Origin: Acidobacteriota bacterium
Lineage (GTDB): Bacteria; Acidobacteriota; Thermoanaerobaculia; Multivoradales; JAGPDF01
Length of the DNA: 64,000 nucleotides
Direction: 5' to 3'
Assembly: GCA_014584695.1 (NCBI GenBank)
Contig: JACTMI010000032.1
Span: 105,265 to 169,264, forward strand
Shown here: piece by piece, positions 20,520 to 30,075 of the stretch
How positions within the stretch are numbered: position 1 is the first letter of the stretch
Layout of the letters: the number at the start of each line of letters is the position of its first letter
Position numbers and translations under genes: made by a program
Notes under the pieces: model-generated
The model's input: only the letters and a program-made list of their open reading frames with translations
Databases searched by the model: none
Told to the model about the DNA's origin: nothing

Positions 20520-21217
20520 GGGGCGCCTCGACGCAGGAGCACGATCGGCTCACCGAAACCTTCGACGACCAGCGACTTGCCGTCGCCGGAGAGCTCGGCA
20601 CGGAACGAGGTCTGGCTGCCGTCGAGGAAGGTCACGAAGCCCTGGGCCCGACGGGGCGCCGTGACCCGGCCGGTGATGCCGACCGGGTCGCCAGTGAGGA
20701 TGGCGAGGCCGGAGAGCAGGCCGCCGCCGTCGACCAAGGTCACCTCGGCGAGCGGCGCCCGCCCCTTCACGGCGCGGAAGCGACCAGAAAACGGCCCCGA
20801 GGACAGCGTCGTCGCCGGGCCCGCCTCTCGTTGCAGCACCAGGACCGGTTGGCCGAGGCGCTCGACGGCGAGCGTCTCGCCGTCGGCCGAGAGCGTGAGC
20901 GAGACGACTTCCGCCTCCGCGCCGCGCTGCAACGAGCCGACGCCCCGCCAACCCGCGGCGCCCGCCACCACCAGGGGCTCGCCGGCGAGGGTGCCTTCGC
21001 CGCGGAACGACTCCTGTGCTTCGCTGAAGCTCAAGACCACCGCTTCACCCGCCGCCGTGACCCCGGCGAAACGGCCGGCCAGGGTCTGCGGCTGGACCAC
21101 GAGCGACGGCACGCAGGCCGGTGCGGCGAGGCAGGCTCCCGCGAGGAGAGCTCCGAAAAGCCCTCGCGCGCGCCGACGAACCGTCGTGGGCTGAATCAAG
21201 GCGGGAACTCTAAGCAC
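20516..21217 (-). CDS. Putative lipoprotein
   Basis: Lipobox-like LLAGAC, internally repetitive, GTG start. Confidence 0.45.
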   Translation of the reverse strand: MLRVPALIQPTTVRRRARGLFGALLAGACLAAPACVPSLVVQPQTLAGRFAGVTAAGEAVVLSFSEAQESFRGEGTLAGEPLVVAGAAGWRGVGSLQRGAEAEVVSLTLSADGETLAVERLGQPVLVLQREAGPATTLSSGPFSGRFRAVKGRAPLAEVTLVDGGGLLSGLAILTGDPVGITGRVTAPRRAQGFVTFLDGSQTSFRAELSGDGKSLVVEGFGEPIVLLRRGAP

Positions 21218-21303
21218 AGGAAATCGAAGAGTGCAATCGGCTTTTCAATGCCTCCAGATCCCTTCGCGCGGAGAGGGCGCCCGCCGCCGTGGGCTTCTGG
21301 GAG

Positions 21304-22149
21304 TCAGGCTCGCGCGGAGGGGGGCGTCGAGGTCGAACGCAGCCGCCAACCGGCGACGAGGGAAACAGCGATCACCGCGAGGCTTACCCACTGGCTGGGC
21401 GTCGTCGTCAGCTCGCCTGGGCGCCAGCCCGGGGCGTCCGCCCGCAGGGCCTCGGCCAGGATCCGCCAGAGGCCGTAGCCGAGGCCGAAGGCGACCACGA
21501 GCTCCCCGCGGAAGCGGCGCCGCGGAAAGCGCGCCCAGAGCCAGCCGAAGAGAGCGAGCGCCACCGCGGCCTCGAAGAGCTGCACCGGCTCGATCGGCAG
21601 GCTGCGCTCGAACGGGGCGACCAGGCCGGCCTCGACCTGTCCGCGCTGCGGCAGGCTGCCGGGCGGGAACCGGACGGCCCAGGGCATGCCGCTGGGCACG
21701 CCGTAACAGCAGCCGTTGAGAAAGCAGCCGAGGCGCGTGATCGCCAGGCCGAGCGCGCCCAAGGGGGCGACGAAGTCGAGCAGGTCGAGATAGGGCACGC
21801 CGCGGCGGCGTCCCCAGATCCAGAGCACCGGGAAGGCGGCCGCCAGGCCACCGTAATAGACCAGCCCCGCTCCCGGGATGAGGGCCCGCTTCAGGCCGGC
21901 GCCGAGTCCCGCGGCAAAGTAGGTCTCGGGATAGTAGGCGACGTGGAGCAGGTGTGCCCCGACGAGCGCCGCGGCCAGCAGCCAGATGCCGAGATCGAAG
22001 GCGTCGCGGCGCCGGATCCGCAGCGCGCCACCGTGCCGGGCGGAGACCCAGGCGGCGGTCAGCATGCCGAGCGCGAGAAAGGTGCCGTAGGCGCCGAACG
22101 CGAGGTGTGCCCCGAAGGGGAGGGGCAGATCGAAGAGGATCGGCCGCAT
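21304..22149 (-). CDS. lgt: Prolipoprotein diacylglyceryl transferase
   Basis: 7-TM pattern with the Lgt signature region LGCFLNGCCYG. Confidence 0.8.
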   Translation of the reverse strand: MRPILFDLPLPFGAHLAFGAYGTFLALGMLTAAWVSARHGGALRIRRRDAFDLGIWLLAAALVGAHLLHVAYYPETYFAAGLGAGLKRALIPGAGLVYYGGLAAAFPVLWIWGRRRGVPYLDLLDFVAPLGALGLAITRLGCFLNGCCYGVPSGMPWAVRFPPGSLPQRGQVEAGLVAPFERSLPIEPVQLFEAAVALALFGWLWARFPRRRFRGELVVAFGLGYGLWRILAEALRADAPGWRPGELTTTPSQWVSLAVIAVSLVAGWRLRSTSTPPSARA

Positions 22150-22191
22150 CGTCCAGCCGGCGGGATGGCGAGCTCCGTGGAGCGACGCCCG

Positions 22192-22665
22192 CTAGGGGTG
22201 GCGGTAGAAGATCTTGCCGACGATCCTCCAGCCGTCCGCGAACTTGTAAAGGCTCAGGTAATCGGTGAAGACGAGCTTGCCGCCGCGGGTGAGCTCGACC
22301 TTGGCGACCGCCGCGCTGCCGGTGACCTCGACCGTCGGGAAAGCGGCGGAGGTCGCGCGCGGAGGGTTGTTGGGCAGCGGCTCCTTGACGTTCTGCGCCT
22401 CGATCCGCTCGATCCACTGGGCGATCGGCAGCTTCTCGACCTTGCCGTCCGAGAGGATCAACATCTCGAAGTCGGGGTGAAACCCCTTCCGGATCGCCGC
22501 CGGGTCACGGAAGTTGTGGATGCCGTCGACGTAGGCCGCGGTCACCACGTCGACCACCGCCTGCTGTTCGGCCGAGAGCGTCGCGCCCGCCGCCGGCACC
22601 CCGCCCACGAGCGCCACGAAGATCAGACTGCCCGCCATCGACCAACGAAGTCGCGAAGTGCGCAT
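22192..22665 (-). CDS. NTF2-like (SnoaL-like) small secreted protein
   Basis: 157 aa, signal peptide, NTF2-fold-like sequence. Confidence 0.5.
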   Translation of the reverse strand: MRTSRLRWSMAGSLIFVALVGGVPAAGATLSAEQQAVVDVVTAAYVDGIHNFRDPAAIRKGFHPDFEMLILSDGKVEKLPIAQWIERIEAQNVKEPLPNNPPRATSAAFPTVEVTGSAAVAKVELTRGGKLVFTDYLSLYKFADGWRIVGKIFYRHP

Positions 22666-23217
22666 GTCGAACCTCCGGCCCGATCCTAACCGCCCGCGCA
22701 GGTGAAGTGGATCGTCGTGTCGGAGAATCGCTGCTCGCCCGCCTGCTGAATCCGGTCGAATGGGGTCTATTCGGCGAGGATTCGGGCCGAGGCGAGCACC
22801 TCCTCGCGGTCGAGGAAGTCAGAATGGACCGAAGCGACTTCGCTCGCGGTCTCGAGAACCAGCACCATCATCGCCGCTGGGGACTTGCCACGCGTCAACG
22901 CGGCCCGCCCGGTTCCTCGAGCTGGAGAAGGTGCCAGCCGCTTGACAATACATTGATTTGCAATGAGTTGCGAGGCGGCAGGCACCTCTGCACACCCCTT
23001 CGGGTCCGGAAATTCGGCGGGCACCAATCCCACGACCCGATCTTCGGCCGCTCGGTGAGCGTCCGCGCCACGAGCGGCGACTGGATCCAGTTCTGCGCGA
23101 TCGGCCGGCAGGCAACCTGTAGCCGAGCCGAGTACGAATCCTCGACGAGATTCGAACACCCTCGGGACCTGGCTCGAGGAGGTCGCGAAGCAGTGCCAGG
23201 CAGAGCTCCGTTTCGGA

Positions 23218-23439
23218 TCAGGCCTCGAAGAGGGAACGATCCAGCTTCGATTGGCGAATCACGGAGAGCAGGGTCCCGATGCGAAGCTCGCCGTGGAGGG
23301 GCACGACGACCGTCGTCGTCGTGCCCGCCTCCCGGCGCTGGAGGACGACATGGCTGCCGCGCTGGCGGGTTCGAGCGAAACCGTGATGCTCGAGAAGGAC
23401 TGCGACGTCCTCTCCAGAGAGGACTCGGAGCTTAGCCAA
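23218..23439 (-). CDS. hicA: HicA-family toxin (mRNA interferase)
   Basis: LSGEDVAVLLEHHGF...RQRGSHVVL...VVVPLHGELRIGTLLSVIRQ matches HicA. The TTG start overlaps the hicB stop. Confidence 0.65.
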   Translation of the reverse strand: MAKLRVLSGEDVAVLLEHHGFARTRQRGSHVVLQRREAGTTTTVVVPLHGELRIGTLLSVIRQSKLDRSLFEA

Positions 23440-23659
23440 ACCCGACCTCGAGGCGGGTGACGAAGACCTCTCGGTGGAGCCGGCCCTCGATCTCGGAGGC
23501 GTCGGCGGTCTCCAGGAAGAGCTCGATCGCCTCGGCGAGATGGACTCGGGCCTCTTCGACCGAGCTCCCCTGGCTTGCGACGTCGAGCTCCGGGCAGAGC
23601 GCGACGTAGCCGTCGCCCTCGCGCTCGATGATCGCCGTGAAGGGAAGGGTCTTGCGCAT
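23432..23659 (-). CDS. hicB: HicB-family antitoxin
   Basis: MRKTLPFTAIIEREGDGYVALCPELDVASQGSSVEEARVHLAEAIELFLE matches the HicB/UPF0150 fold. Confidence 0.7.
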   Translation of the reverse strand: MRKTLPFTAIIEREGDGYVALCPELDVASQGSSVEEARVHLAEAIELFLETADASEIEGRLHREVFVTRLEVGFG

Positions 23660-24142
23660 GGCGGGCTCCTGCGGCGGAGGTTAGCATCTTCCCCGGTCTC
23701 GATCCGCCACTGGCCGGAGTGCCCGCGGAGGGTGCCGTCCGCCGCCAGGGCGGCTTCGGCGAGCGTGTGCATCGCCAGCCGCCAGGGGATCGGGCCGCGG
23801 CTGATGCCGGCGGCGCCCAGCTTCGCTCGGCGAACGAGCGAGGGACCAGCCGGCCAGACGAAGAGCTTGACCGGGAGCGGCGAGGCGGCTGGCACCTCTT
23901 CGCCCGTGGCTTCAACGCGCACTACCTCGGCGTCGTGTTCATCGGCCTGCTAGCGCTCGCCGGCGCGTTCCTCGCGCGGAAAGCGGCGCCCGAGAGGTCG
24001 TGACCCGATGCCGAGCCCCTCGAGCCTGGACTCCTCCCGCGAGTCGCCGCTCGTGGTCTCCGGGTGCTGCCTGGTCTAGGATGGCCGGAGAAGGGAGCAG
24101 CGCTCGCCCGTGCTCTCTTCAGGTCACGATGGGAGGTCGCCG

Positions 24143-24490
24143 ATGAGCCGAGTGTCTCGAGTCCGATCGCTCGCCCTCGTGTTCGCTGGAGTCCTGATCG
24201 CGTGGAGCGCGCTCGCGCTCTTCGGCCTCGTCGCCGAGAACCCCTTTCGCGTGGCGACGGACGCCGCCGCTACCGCTGGGGGCTGGAGCGCCGACCCGGT
24301 GCGCTTCGACAGAGGCTCGTACCGTTTCCGGTTCGTCGACTCCGTCTCCGCGGCCGAGGTCATCGCCAGCACCGAAGCCGGTGAGGTCGTCGCGCACGTC
24401 GAGCTGATTCACGTTCCACTCGAGGGGTGGTCGGTGCGCCGCTTCGAGGCCTCTCCTCCGCGCCGCGCCGCGGCCTCCCACCACTCCTGA
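24143..24490 (+). CDS. Hypothetical membrane-anchored protein
   Basis: GGGAGG then ATG. N-terminal transmembrane segment. Confidence 0.4.
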   Translation: MSRVSRVRSLALVFAGVLIAWSALALFGLVAENPFRVATDAAATAGGWSADPVRFDRGSYRFRFVDSVSAAEVIASTEAGEVVAHVELIHVPLEGWSVRRFEASPPRRAAASHHS

Positions 24491-24504
24491 CCTGTCGCGA
24501 GGCC

Positions 24505-25104
24505 ATGCCCGTGACGGCCGCCAAGTCTCGCGTGACGATCCACATGGCGGCGAGCCTCGATGGTTTCGTCGCTCGAAAGGACGGCGGCGTCGACTGGCTC
24601 GAGACCACGGACGAGTTCGCGGGCGGCGACACCATGGATCCGGCGTTCGTCGAGGCGTTTCTCGAGACGATCGACTGCTACATCATGGGATCGCGAACCT
24701 ACGAGACCGCGCTTCGTTTCGAGGCCCGGGGGTTGGGGTGGGCCTATGGCGACAAGCCCACCTTCGTCCTGACCAGCCGGGAGCTCAGGCGGGTCCGGGA
24801 TTCCGTCCAGTTCTACTCGGGCGACCTCGAGCAACTCGTGAACGGCCAGCTGAGGCCGCGGTTCCGCTCCATTTGGATCGTCGGCGGCGGTGTCGTTTGC
24901 GGCGCGTGCCTGCGCCTCGGGCTGGTCGACGAATTGCGCTACTCGATCCTGCCGGTCCTGATCGGCGATGGGATCCCGTTCTTCGACGAGCTCGACAGAG
25001 AGATCGCCCTCCATCTCGCGGAGGTCAAGGCCTACAAGAGCGGCATGGTGGAGCTGCGCTACGAGGTGGGAGGTCATCGTGGCGCGTCACGGAACGATGG
25101 CTGA
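24505..25104 (+). CDS. Dihydrofolate-reductase-family protein (RibD C-terminal-like)
   Basis: VTIHMAASLDGF...YIMGSRTY...IWIVGGG motifs. Confidence 0.7.
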   Translation: MPVTAAKSRVTIHMAASLDGFVARKDGGVDWLETTDEFAGGDTMDPAFVEAFLETIDCYIMGSRTYETALRFEARGLGWAYGDKPTFVLTSRELRRVRDSVQFYSGDLEQLVNGQLRPRFRSIWIVGGGVVCGACLRLGLVDELRYSILPVLIGDGIPFFDELDREIALHLAEVKAYKSGMVELRYEVGGHRGASRNDG

Positions 25105-25196
25105 TGCCCTCGTCACCTCTGGCGCAACGAAAGTGGCGACGTCGAAGAACAGCGAAGCGACTTCAGCCGGAGCGTAGGACCGTACGGCGGACACGG

Positions 25197-25760
25197 ATGC
25201 CGACGCCACGGTTCTTCGAAACGGCGAGCGCCTTCCGGGCCTGGCTCGAGGTGAACGCCGCGAGCGAAAGTGAGCTGCTGGTGGGCTTTCACAAGGTCGC
25301 CAGCGGGCGTCCGTGCATGTCGTGGTCGGAGTCGGTCGACGAGGCGCTCTGCTTCGGCTGGATCGACGGCGTGCGCAGACGGGTCGACGACCAAACCTAC
25401 TCCATTCGCTTCACCCCCCGGCAGGCGACCTCGATCTGGAGCGCCGTCAACATCGCCAAGTTCGAGCGGCTGCGAGCGGAGGGCCGGGCGACGCCGGCGG
25501 GGGAGAGCGCCTTCGCGAGTCGGGCCGAGGCCAAGTCCGTGGTCTACTCGTACGAGCAGCATTCGACCGCCGAGCTCTCGCCCGCGGAACTGCGCGCCTT
25601 CGAGCGTGACCAGGCCGCTTGGCGGTTCTTCGAGGCCACGCCGCCCAGCTACAAGAAGGTCGTGCTCCACTGGGTCACCACGGCCAAGCGGCCCGAGACC
25701 CGGGCCGCGCGCCTCGCCAAGCTCGTGGCCGCCTGCGCCGCGGGCCAGCGCCTTCGTTGA
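25197..25760 (+). CDS. YdeI/OmpD-associated family protein
   Basis: Sequence pattern and adjacency to a DUF1801 gene. Confidence 0.55.
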   Translation: MPTPRFFETASAFRAWLEVNAASESELLVGFHKVASGRPCMSWSESVDEALCFGWIDGVRRRVDDQTYSIRFTPRQATSIWSAVNIAKFERLRAEGRATPAGESAFASRAEAKSVVYSYEQHSTAELSPAELRAFERDQAAWRFFEATPPSYKKVVLHWVTTAKRPETRAARLAKLVAACAAGQRLR

Positions 25761-25907
25761 TCGTCCAACGCGGACGCACCCTGCGCGGCCGCGACTCGCG
25801 GCGATCAGGGGCTTGGCCGGCGAGGCTCTCTGCTCTATCGTCCGCCTCGCGGGCCGGGCGCCGGGTCGGAGCTCGCCGGAGCGCGAGCGTCGAACCGCAC
25901 AGATCAC

Positions 25908-26342
25908 GTGATCACGGAGTCTCCAGTGGCCGAGAACAAGACGAAGGCAACCGACGCGAGCGTGGACGGCTACATCGCCTCGAGAGCCAGCGAGCAGCAG
26001 AGCGCCGACTGTCGCGAGCTGATGAGCTTGCTCGGGCGAATCACCCGGCAACCGCCGAAGATGTGGGGGCCCAGCATCGTCGGATACGACAGCTACCGCT
26101 ACACCTACGACAGCGGGCACTCCGGCGAGGCCCCGGTGGTGGGTTTCGCCATCCGGGGTCGAGAGATCGTCGTCTACGTCTCGGTGGAAGGAGAGAGGCA
26201 GCAGGCGCTGCTGGCCAAGCTCGGCAAGCACAAGATGGGGAAGGTCTGCTTGTACTTCAAGCGGCTGTCCGATCTCGACTTCGCGGTGCTCGAGCAGCTC
26301 GTGACCAACTCGGTCGCCGAAGTGAAGCGGCGCCATGGCTAG
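25908..26342 (+). CDS. DUF1801 domain protein
   Basis: YdhG-like sequence. Confidence 0.55.
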   Translation: MITESPVAENKTKATDASVDGYIASRASEQQSADCRELMSLLGRITRQPPKMWGPSIVGYDSYRYTYDSGHSGEAPVVGFAIRGREIVVYVSVEGERQQALLAKLGKHKMGKVCLYFKRLSDLDFAVLEQLVTNSVAEVKRRHG

Positions 26343-26456
26343 AGAGTGCCGCTGGCTCGGCATCGGTCTAGTGGCCGACTCGGACCCGGGGCGTGGCGTC
26401 CACGGCTTGATGGCAGGGCATGCCTTTGGGATCGGAATCCGTCGGAGCGAGAGGTC

Positions 26457-26816
26457 ATGATCTGTCCGGCGTGTGGGGAGGACTTCGAGCCGCAGGTCAC
26501 GTGCTGTCCGTATTGCGGCGCGCCGAGTCCATTCGGCGTGCAGGTCGACGCGGACACCGGTGGTGGAGAGGACCTCGGGCCCTTGGTGCCGCTGGTCGAG
26601 CTCTGGGATCCGGCGATCATCTCGAAGGTCACCGGCGCGCTGGAGGAGCGCGGCATCCCCGTCTTCGTTCAGGGGCAGAGCGCCTTTCGGAGCCTCGGAG
26701 TGTCGGGCCTCCTGCGCGGCGAAGATGCCAGGACCGAAGCGCACCAGATCTACGTTCCCGAGGCGCTCGTTCAGGAGGCCTCCGCGATCCTCGAGCAAGC
26801 GATGGCGGAGTCGTAG
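26457..26816 (+). CDS. Zinc-ribbon plus DUF2007-like small protein
   Basis: CPACG...CCPYCG pair and a DUF2007-like C-terminus (IPVFVQG). Confidence 0.45.
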   Translation: MICPACGEDFEPQVTCCPYCGAPSPFGVQVDADTGGGEDLGPLVPLVELWDPAIISKVTGALEERGIPVFVQGQSAFRSLGVSGLLRGEDARTEAHQIYVPEALVQEASAILEQAMAES

Positions 26817-26883
26817 GTGGTCAGCCTTCCATGCTGACACTCGAGCGGGCGATGGGGCTACGCCGAGTCTCCGCTCGGCTCAT

Positions 26884-27108
26884 TCACTCGTCCCGTCCGG
26901 TCGTATTCTGGGCCATGTTCGAGAGCGCCGGCCAGCGCGCGAAGGCCAGAAAGTAGAGCAGCGCCAGGTTGGCGACCGGCAAGAGAACCCAGGCCGCCAG
27001 CCAGGGCGAATAGCCGGCGCGCCGACAGATGCGAGCGACCGGAATCACCACCAGGATCGCGACGGCGAGAATCACCACGAGCTCTTCGACAGCGATGCGT
27101 CCGGTCAT
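26884..27108 (-). CDS. Small hydrophobic membrane protein
   Basis: 74 aa, two transmembrane helices. Confidence 0.4.
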   Translation of the reverse strand: MTGRIAVEELVVILAVAILVVIPVARICRRAGYSPWLAAWVLLPVANLALLYFLAFARWPALSNMAQNTTGRDE

Positions 27109-27368
27109 TCGTCCTCCTCGGAATCGTGCCGCTGGGGGCCAGTGGGGATTGGAAGATCGAGCCGCCGGACTCGAATCCGGCTCGAGTCTCCAGGAACAGT
27201 CCTCCGCGAGCGAAACACGAACAGTCTCGACGCCTTCTCGTCCGCCTCAGGATAGCGGACACGTCGCCGGCCGGAATGGGCGAGGGTGTCGGAATCCGGG
27301 GCGTCTGAAAAAGACCGGGTAAGGGAAAGGGCGCTTCACCGGTCGGAGTGGGTAGCGCCGTCGGCAGG

Positions 27369-27650
27369 TGGGGGCTTGAGAAGAAGACCAAAGAGGGGAA
27401 AAGACCTGCCAGACAAGGCCTTGGAGCGCACTGTGGCGACCGGTCCAGCGCCCGTACCAGGTGCGCACACTCCCATCTATGGTCTTCTTCTTCCGATTGA
27501 CCCACACCAACCGGCGAAGCCCCAGGGAAAGAAGCCTGACAGTCAGGGCCCCGGCTGCCGTGGTGGCGGCCGGTTCAGCGTGAGGTCCAGGTGCACTCAC
27601 CCCCTTCTATAAGTGGTTCCTTCTTTCCCCAGTGGCCCACACCGACTGGT
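27369..27650. repeat. Two tandem, diverged ~135-bp copies of a structured element, each closed by a ~10-bp stem (GAAGAAGACC...GGTCTTCTTC; GGGAAAGAAG...CTTCTTTCCC); candidate paired sRNAs
   Basis: Colinear blocks shared between 27378-27516 and 27517-27650 (CCAGGTGCGCACACTCCC/CCAGGTGCACTCACCCCC; CCCACACCAACCGGCGAAGCCCC/CCCACACCGACTGGTGAAGTCCC) in an 830-bp gap with no credible ORF. Confidence 0.4.
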
Positions 27651-27939
27651 GAAGTCCCGAAGGACGGAGCTTTCATGCCCACGGGCGTTCCCTGAAGGAG
27701 AGAGGCTCGTCGCGGCGGGTCTCTCGCGGCACTCTGGTGCTCGAGTTCGGGCCGGGCAGGGTGCCGGAGCTTTCGGCTGAGGTGCCTGGGCCGTGCGTCT
27801 CGGCGGTGGGTGCTCGCTGGTGCCGGAACGGACGCGGGGCGCGGGTCGGCCGGACCCGGTAAGATACGTGCTCGTGGAACCCTCGCCCGGAGGTCGCGGG
27901 CGGCTCGATTTCCGTTTTCGTTTCGGCTGGCGGTAGACC

Positions 27940-28662
27940 ATGGGACGCATCTTCGAAACTCGCAAGCACACGATGTTCGCGCGCTGGGACCGGATGTCCA
28001 AGCAGTTCGCGCGCATCGGCAAAGAGATCACGATGGCGGTCAAGTCGGGGGGGCCGAACCCGGAGGCCAACCCGGCGCTGCGGCGCGCGGTCCAGAACGC
28101 GCGCGCCGTGAACATGCCGAAGGACAAAGTCGAGTCGGCGATCAAGAAGGCGTCGGGACAGGACGCCGCGGTCTACGAAGAGGTCCTCTACGAAGGCTAC
28201 GCGCCCCACGGCATCGCGGTCGTGGTCGAGGCCGCCACCGACAACCCGGCCCGCACCGTCGCCAGCCTGCGCACCCACTTCAACAAGGGCGGTGGCAACC
28301 TCGCCACCAACGGCAGCGTCACCTTCCTGTTTCAGCGCATGGGGGCCTTCCGCCTCGACCCCAAAGGGCTCGACCAGGAGGCGCTCGAGCTCGAGCTGAT
28401 CGACTTCGGCCTCGAAGAGATGGGCGAGTCGATCGGCGAAAAGGGCGAGCCGCAGGTGCTGGTCCGGTGCGCGTTCGCGGAGTTCGGCAATCTCCAGAAA
28501 GCGCTCGAGGACCACGGCATCGATCCGGTCTCGGCCGAGTCCGTCTTCGTCCCGTCGAGCCCGATCGAGCTGCCCGAAGCCCAGGCCACCGAAGTCCTGC
28601 GCCTGATCGACCGCCTCGAGCAGGACGACGACGTCCAGCGCGTCTTCCACAATCTGGCCTGA
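27940..28662 (+). CDS. yebC: YebC/PmpR-family transcriptional regulator
   Basis: Full-length family signature: [30 protein letters not shown]... Confidence 0.9.
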   Translation: MGRIFETRKHTMFARWDRMSKQFARIGKEITMAVKSGGPNPEANPALRRAVQNARAVNMPKDKVESAIKKASGQDAAVYEEVLYEGYAPHGIAVVVEAATDNPARTVASLRTHFNKGGGNLATNGSVTFLFQRMGAFRLDPKGLDQEALELELIDFGLEEMGESIGEKGEPQVLVRCAFAEFGNLQKALEDHGIDPVSAESVFVPSSPIELPEAQATEVLRLIDRLEQDDDVQRVFHNLA

Positions 28663-28770
28663 CGCCGTCCGCCTCGGCCGTCCGCCCGCGCCGGCGCCTC
28701 GACGCGCCACGAAAGGCGCTCGCGTCGCGCCGCCTCGGACTGCCCCCCTGGTTCCCCGCGCGAGGCGCGC

Positions 28771-30012
28771 TCACCTGGCGTCGGTGTCTGTAGGGGGAAG
28801 CGACTCCTCGGGTGGACGGATGCCGCGGAAAGCGCTCCAGAGGGCGAAGTCGTAGGCGATCTTGAGCGTGGCGGCGATGAGCAGCGGCGCGGCGAGGCCG
28901 AAGCGGGTCGTGGCCCAGCCGGCGGCCGCCGGGCCCAGGGCCCAGCCGAGCGTGCGCACGAGGTGCGTGGCGCCGGAAGCGAAGGTGCGCTCCTCCGGGC
29001 GCACCACGGCGAGGACGTAGGACTGCCGGGTCGGCACGTCCATCTCGACTAGGCCTTCGCGCAGCAGGAAGAGCGCCGCCGCGACGCCGAAGCTGGGCGC
29101 GAACGGCACCGTCGCCAGCAGCAGGCTGGACGGCACGTGGGTGAAGACCATCGTCGCCACCAGCCCGATCCGCCGCGCCAGCCAGGCGGCGCCGAGATGC
29201 GAGATCGCATTGGCGACGCGCGCCGCGGCGAAGAGCAGGCCGACCGCCGCCGGACCGGCGCCGAAGCGTTCGAAGAAGAACCAGGCGAGCAGCGCCGAGG
29301 TCAGGAAGCCACCGGCGAAGCTGTCGACCCCGAACAGCGCGCAGATCTTGGCCAGGCGGGCACGGGAGGTGGGGGAGAGGGTCCAGGGCGAGCCGATCGA
29401 AGTCTCCTCGACCCGCTTGGAGAGCGTCGCGGCGAGGCCGACGGTGGGCAGCAGGAGGAGGGCATAGACGAGGAATCCGGCATTGCCCTCGGCGCTCGCC
29501 GGCGCCGCGCTGGCGAGACCGAGCGGCAGCAGGGCCACGAGCAGCGCGCCGAGGGCATGGCCGCCGTCGCCGACGACGTTGTAGACGGCGAGCGCGAGAG
29601 TTCGCCGCTCGGCGGCGACGAGCCTGGGGACGGCCGCCTGCTCGAGCACCAGCGCCGGCCCGCGGTCGCGACCCATGCCATTGAGCAGGCCCAGGAATGC
29701 GACCAGGAGAAGCGCCGCCGCGTCCTCGACCCGCCAGGCGGCGATGCCACCGACGACCGAGAGCAATGCCAGTGCCGCGAGGGCGACACGGCGTCCCAGC
29801 CGATCGGCGCCGAGCGTGACCGCGAAGCTGGCGGCGGTCTGGCCGGCGAGGCCGGCGGCGACGACCAGGCCCGCCGTCTCGGGGTCGAGGCCGCGACGCG
29901 CCAGCTCGAAGCCGAGGTAGACGCCGGCGAAGCCCGCCGCCACCGCGCGCGCCAACGCCGCGGCGTAGATTCGCGTCAGATCGCGATCGAGCAGCTCGGT
30001 GAGCGCGCGCAC
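28771..30012 (-). CDS. MFS transporter
   Basis: 12-TM-like organisation typical of MFS. Confidence 0.75.
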   Translation of the reverse strand: MRALTELLDRDLTRIYAAALARAVAAGFAGVYLGFELARRGLDPETAGLVVAAGLAGQTAASFAVTLGADRLGRRVALAALALLSVVGGIAAWRVEDAAALLLVAFLGLLNGMGRDRGPALVLEQAAVPRLVAAERRTLALAVYNVVGDGGHALGALLVALLPLGLASAAPASAEGNAGFLVYALLLLPTVGLAATLSKRVEETSIGSPWTLSPTSRARLAKICALFGVDSFAGGFLTSALLAWFFFERFGAGPAAVGLLFAAARVANAISHLGAAWLARRIGLVATMVFTHVPSSLLLATVPFAPSFGVAAALFLLREGLVEMDVPTRQSYVLAVVRPEERTFASGATHLVRTLGWALGPAAAGWATTRFGLAAPLLIAATLKIAYDFALWSAFRGIRPPEESLPPTDTDAR

Positions 30013-30075
30013 GTCCGGTGGCCTCGACGGTCGCCGTCGCCCGCGGGCCGGCCCGTCGGCACCGACCCTAGCGCC

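Noticed and set aside
22707-23435. 242-aa + strand ORF and 130-aa - strand ORF (22767-23159) next to hicBA
   Set aside because: No domain signal, low-complexity and frame-interrupted. They are better explained as decayed non-coding remnant.
27150-27185. tRNA-like T-arm motif (CCGGACTCGAATCCGG followed by ...TCTCCA)
   Set aside because: The loop length is wrong (6 or 8 nt, not 7). No matching 5' acceptor strand or D/anticodon arms upstream. It is a simple palindrome.
27369-27650. Assignment of the tandem structured elements to a named RNA family (RNase P, tmRNA, 6S)
   Set aside because: None of the conserved sequence boxes I know for those RNAs are present, so I left it as an unclassified candidate sRNA pair.
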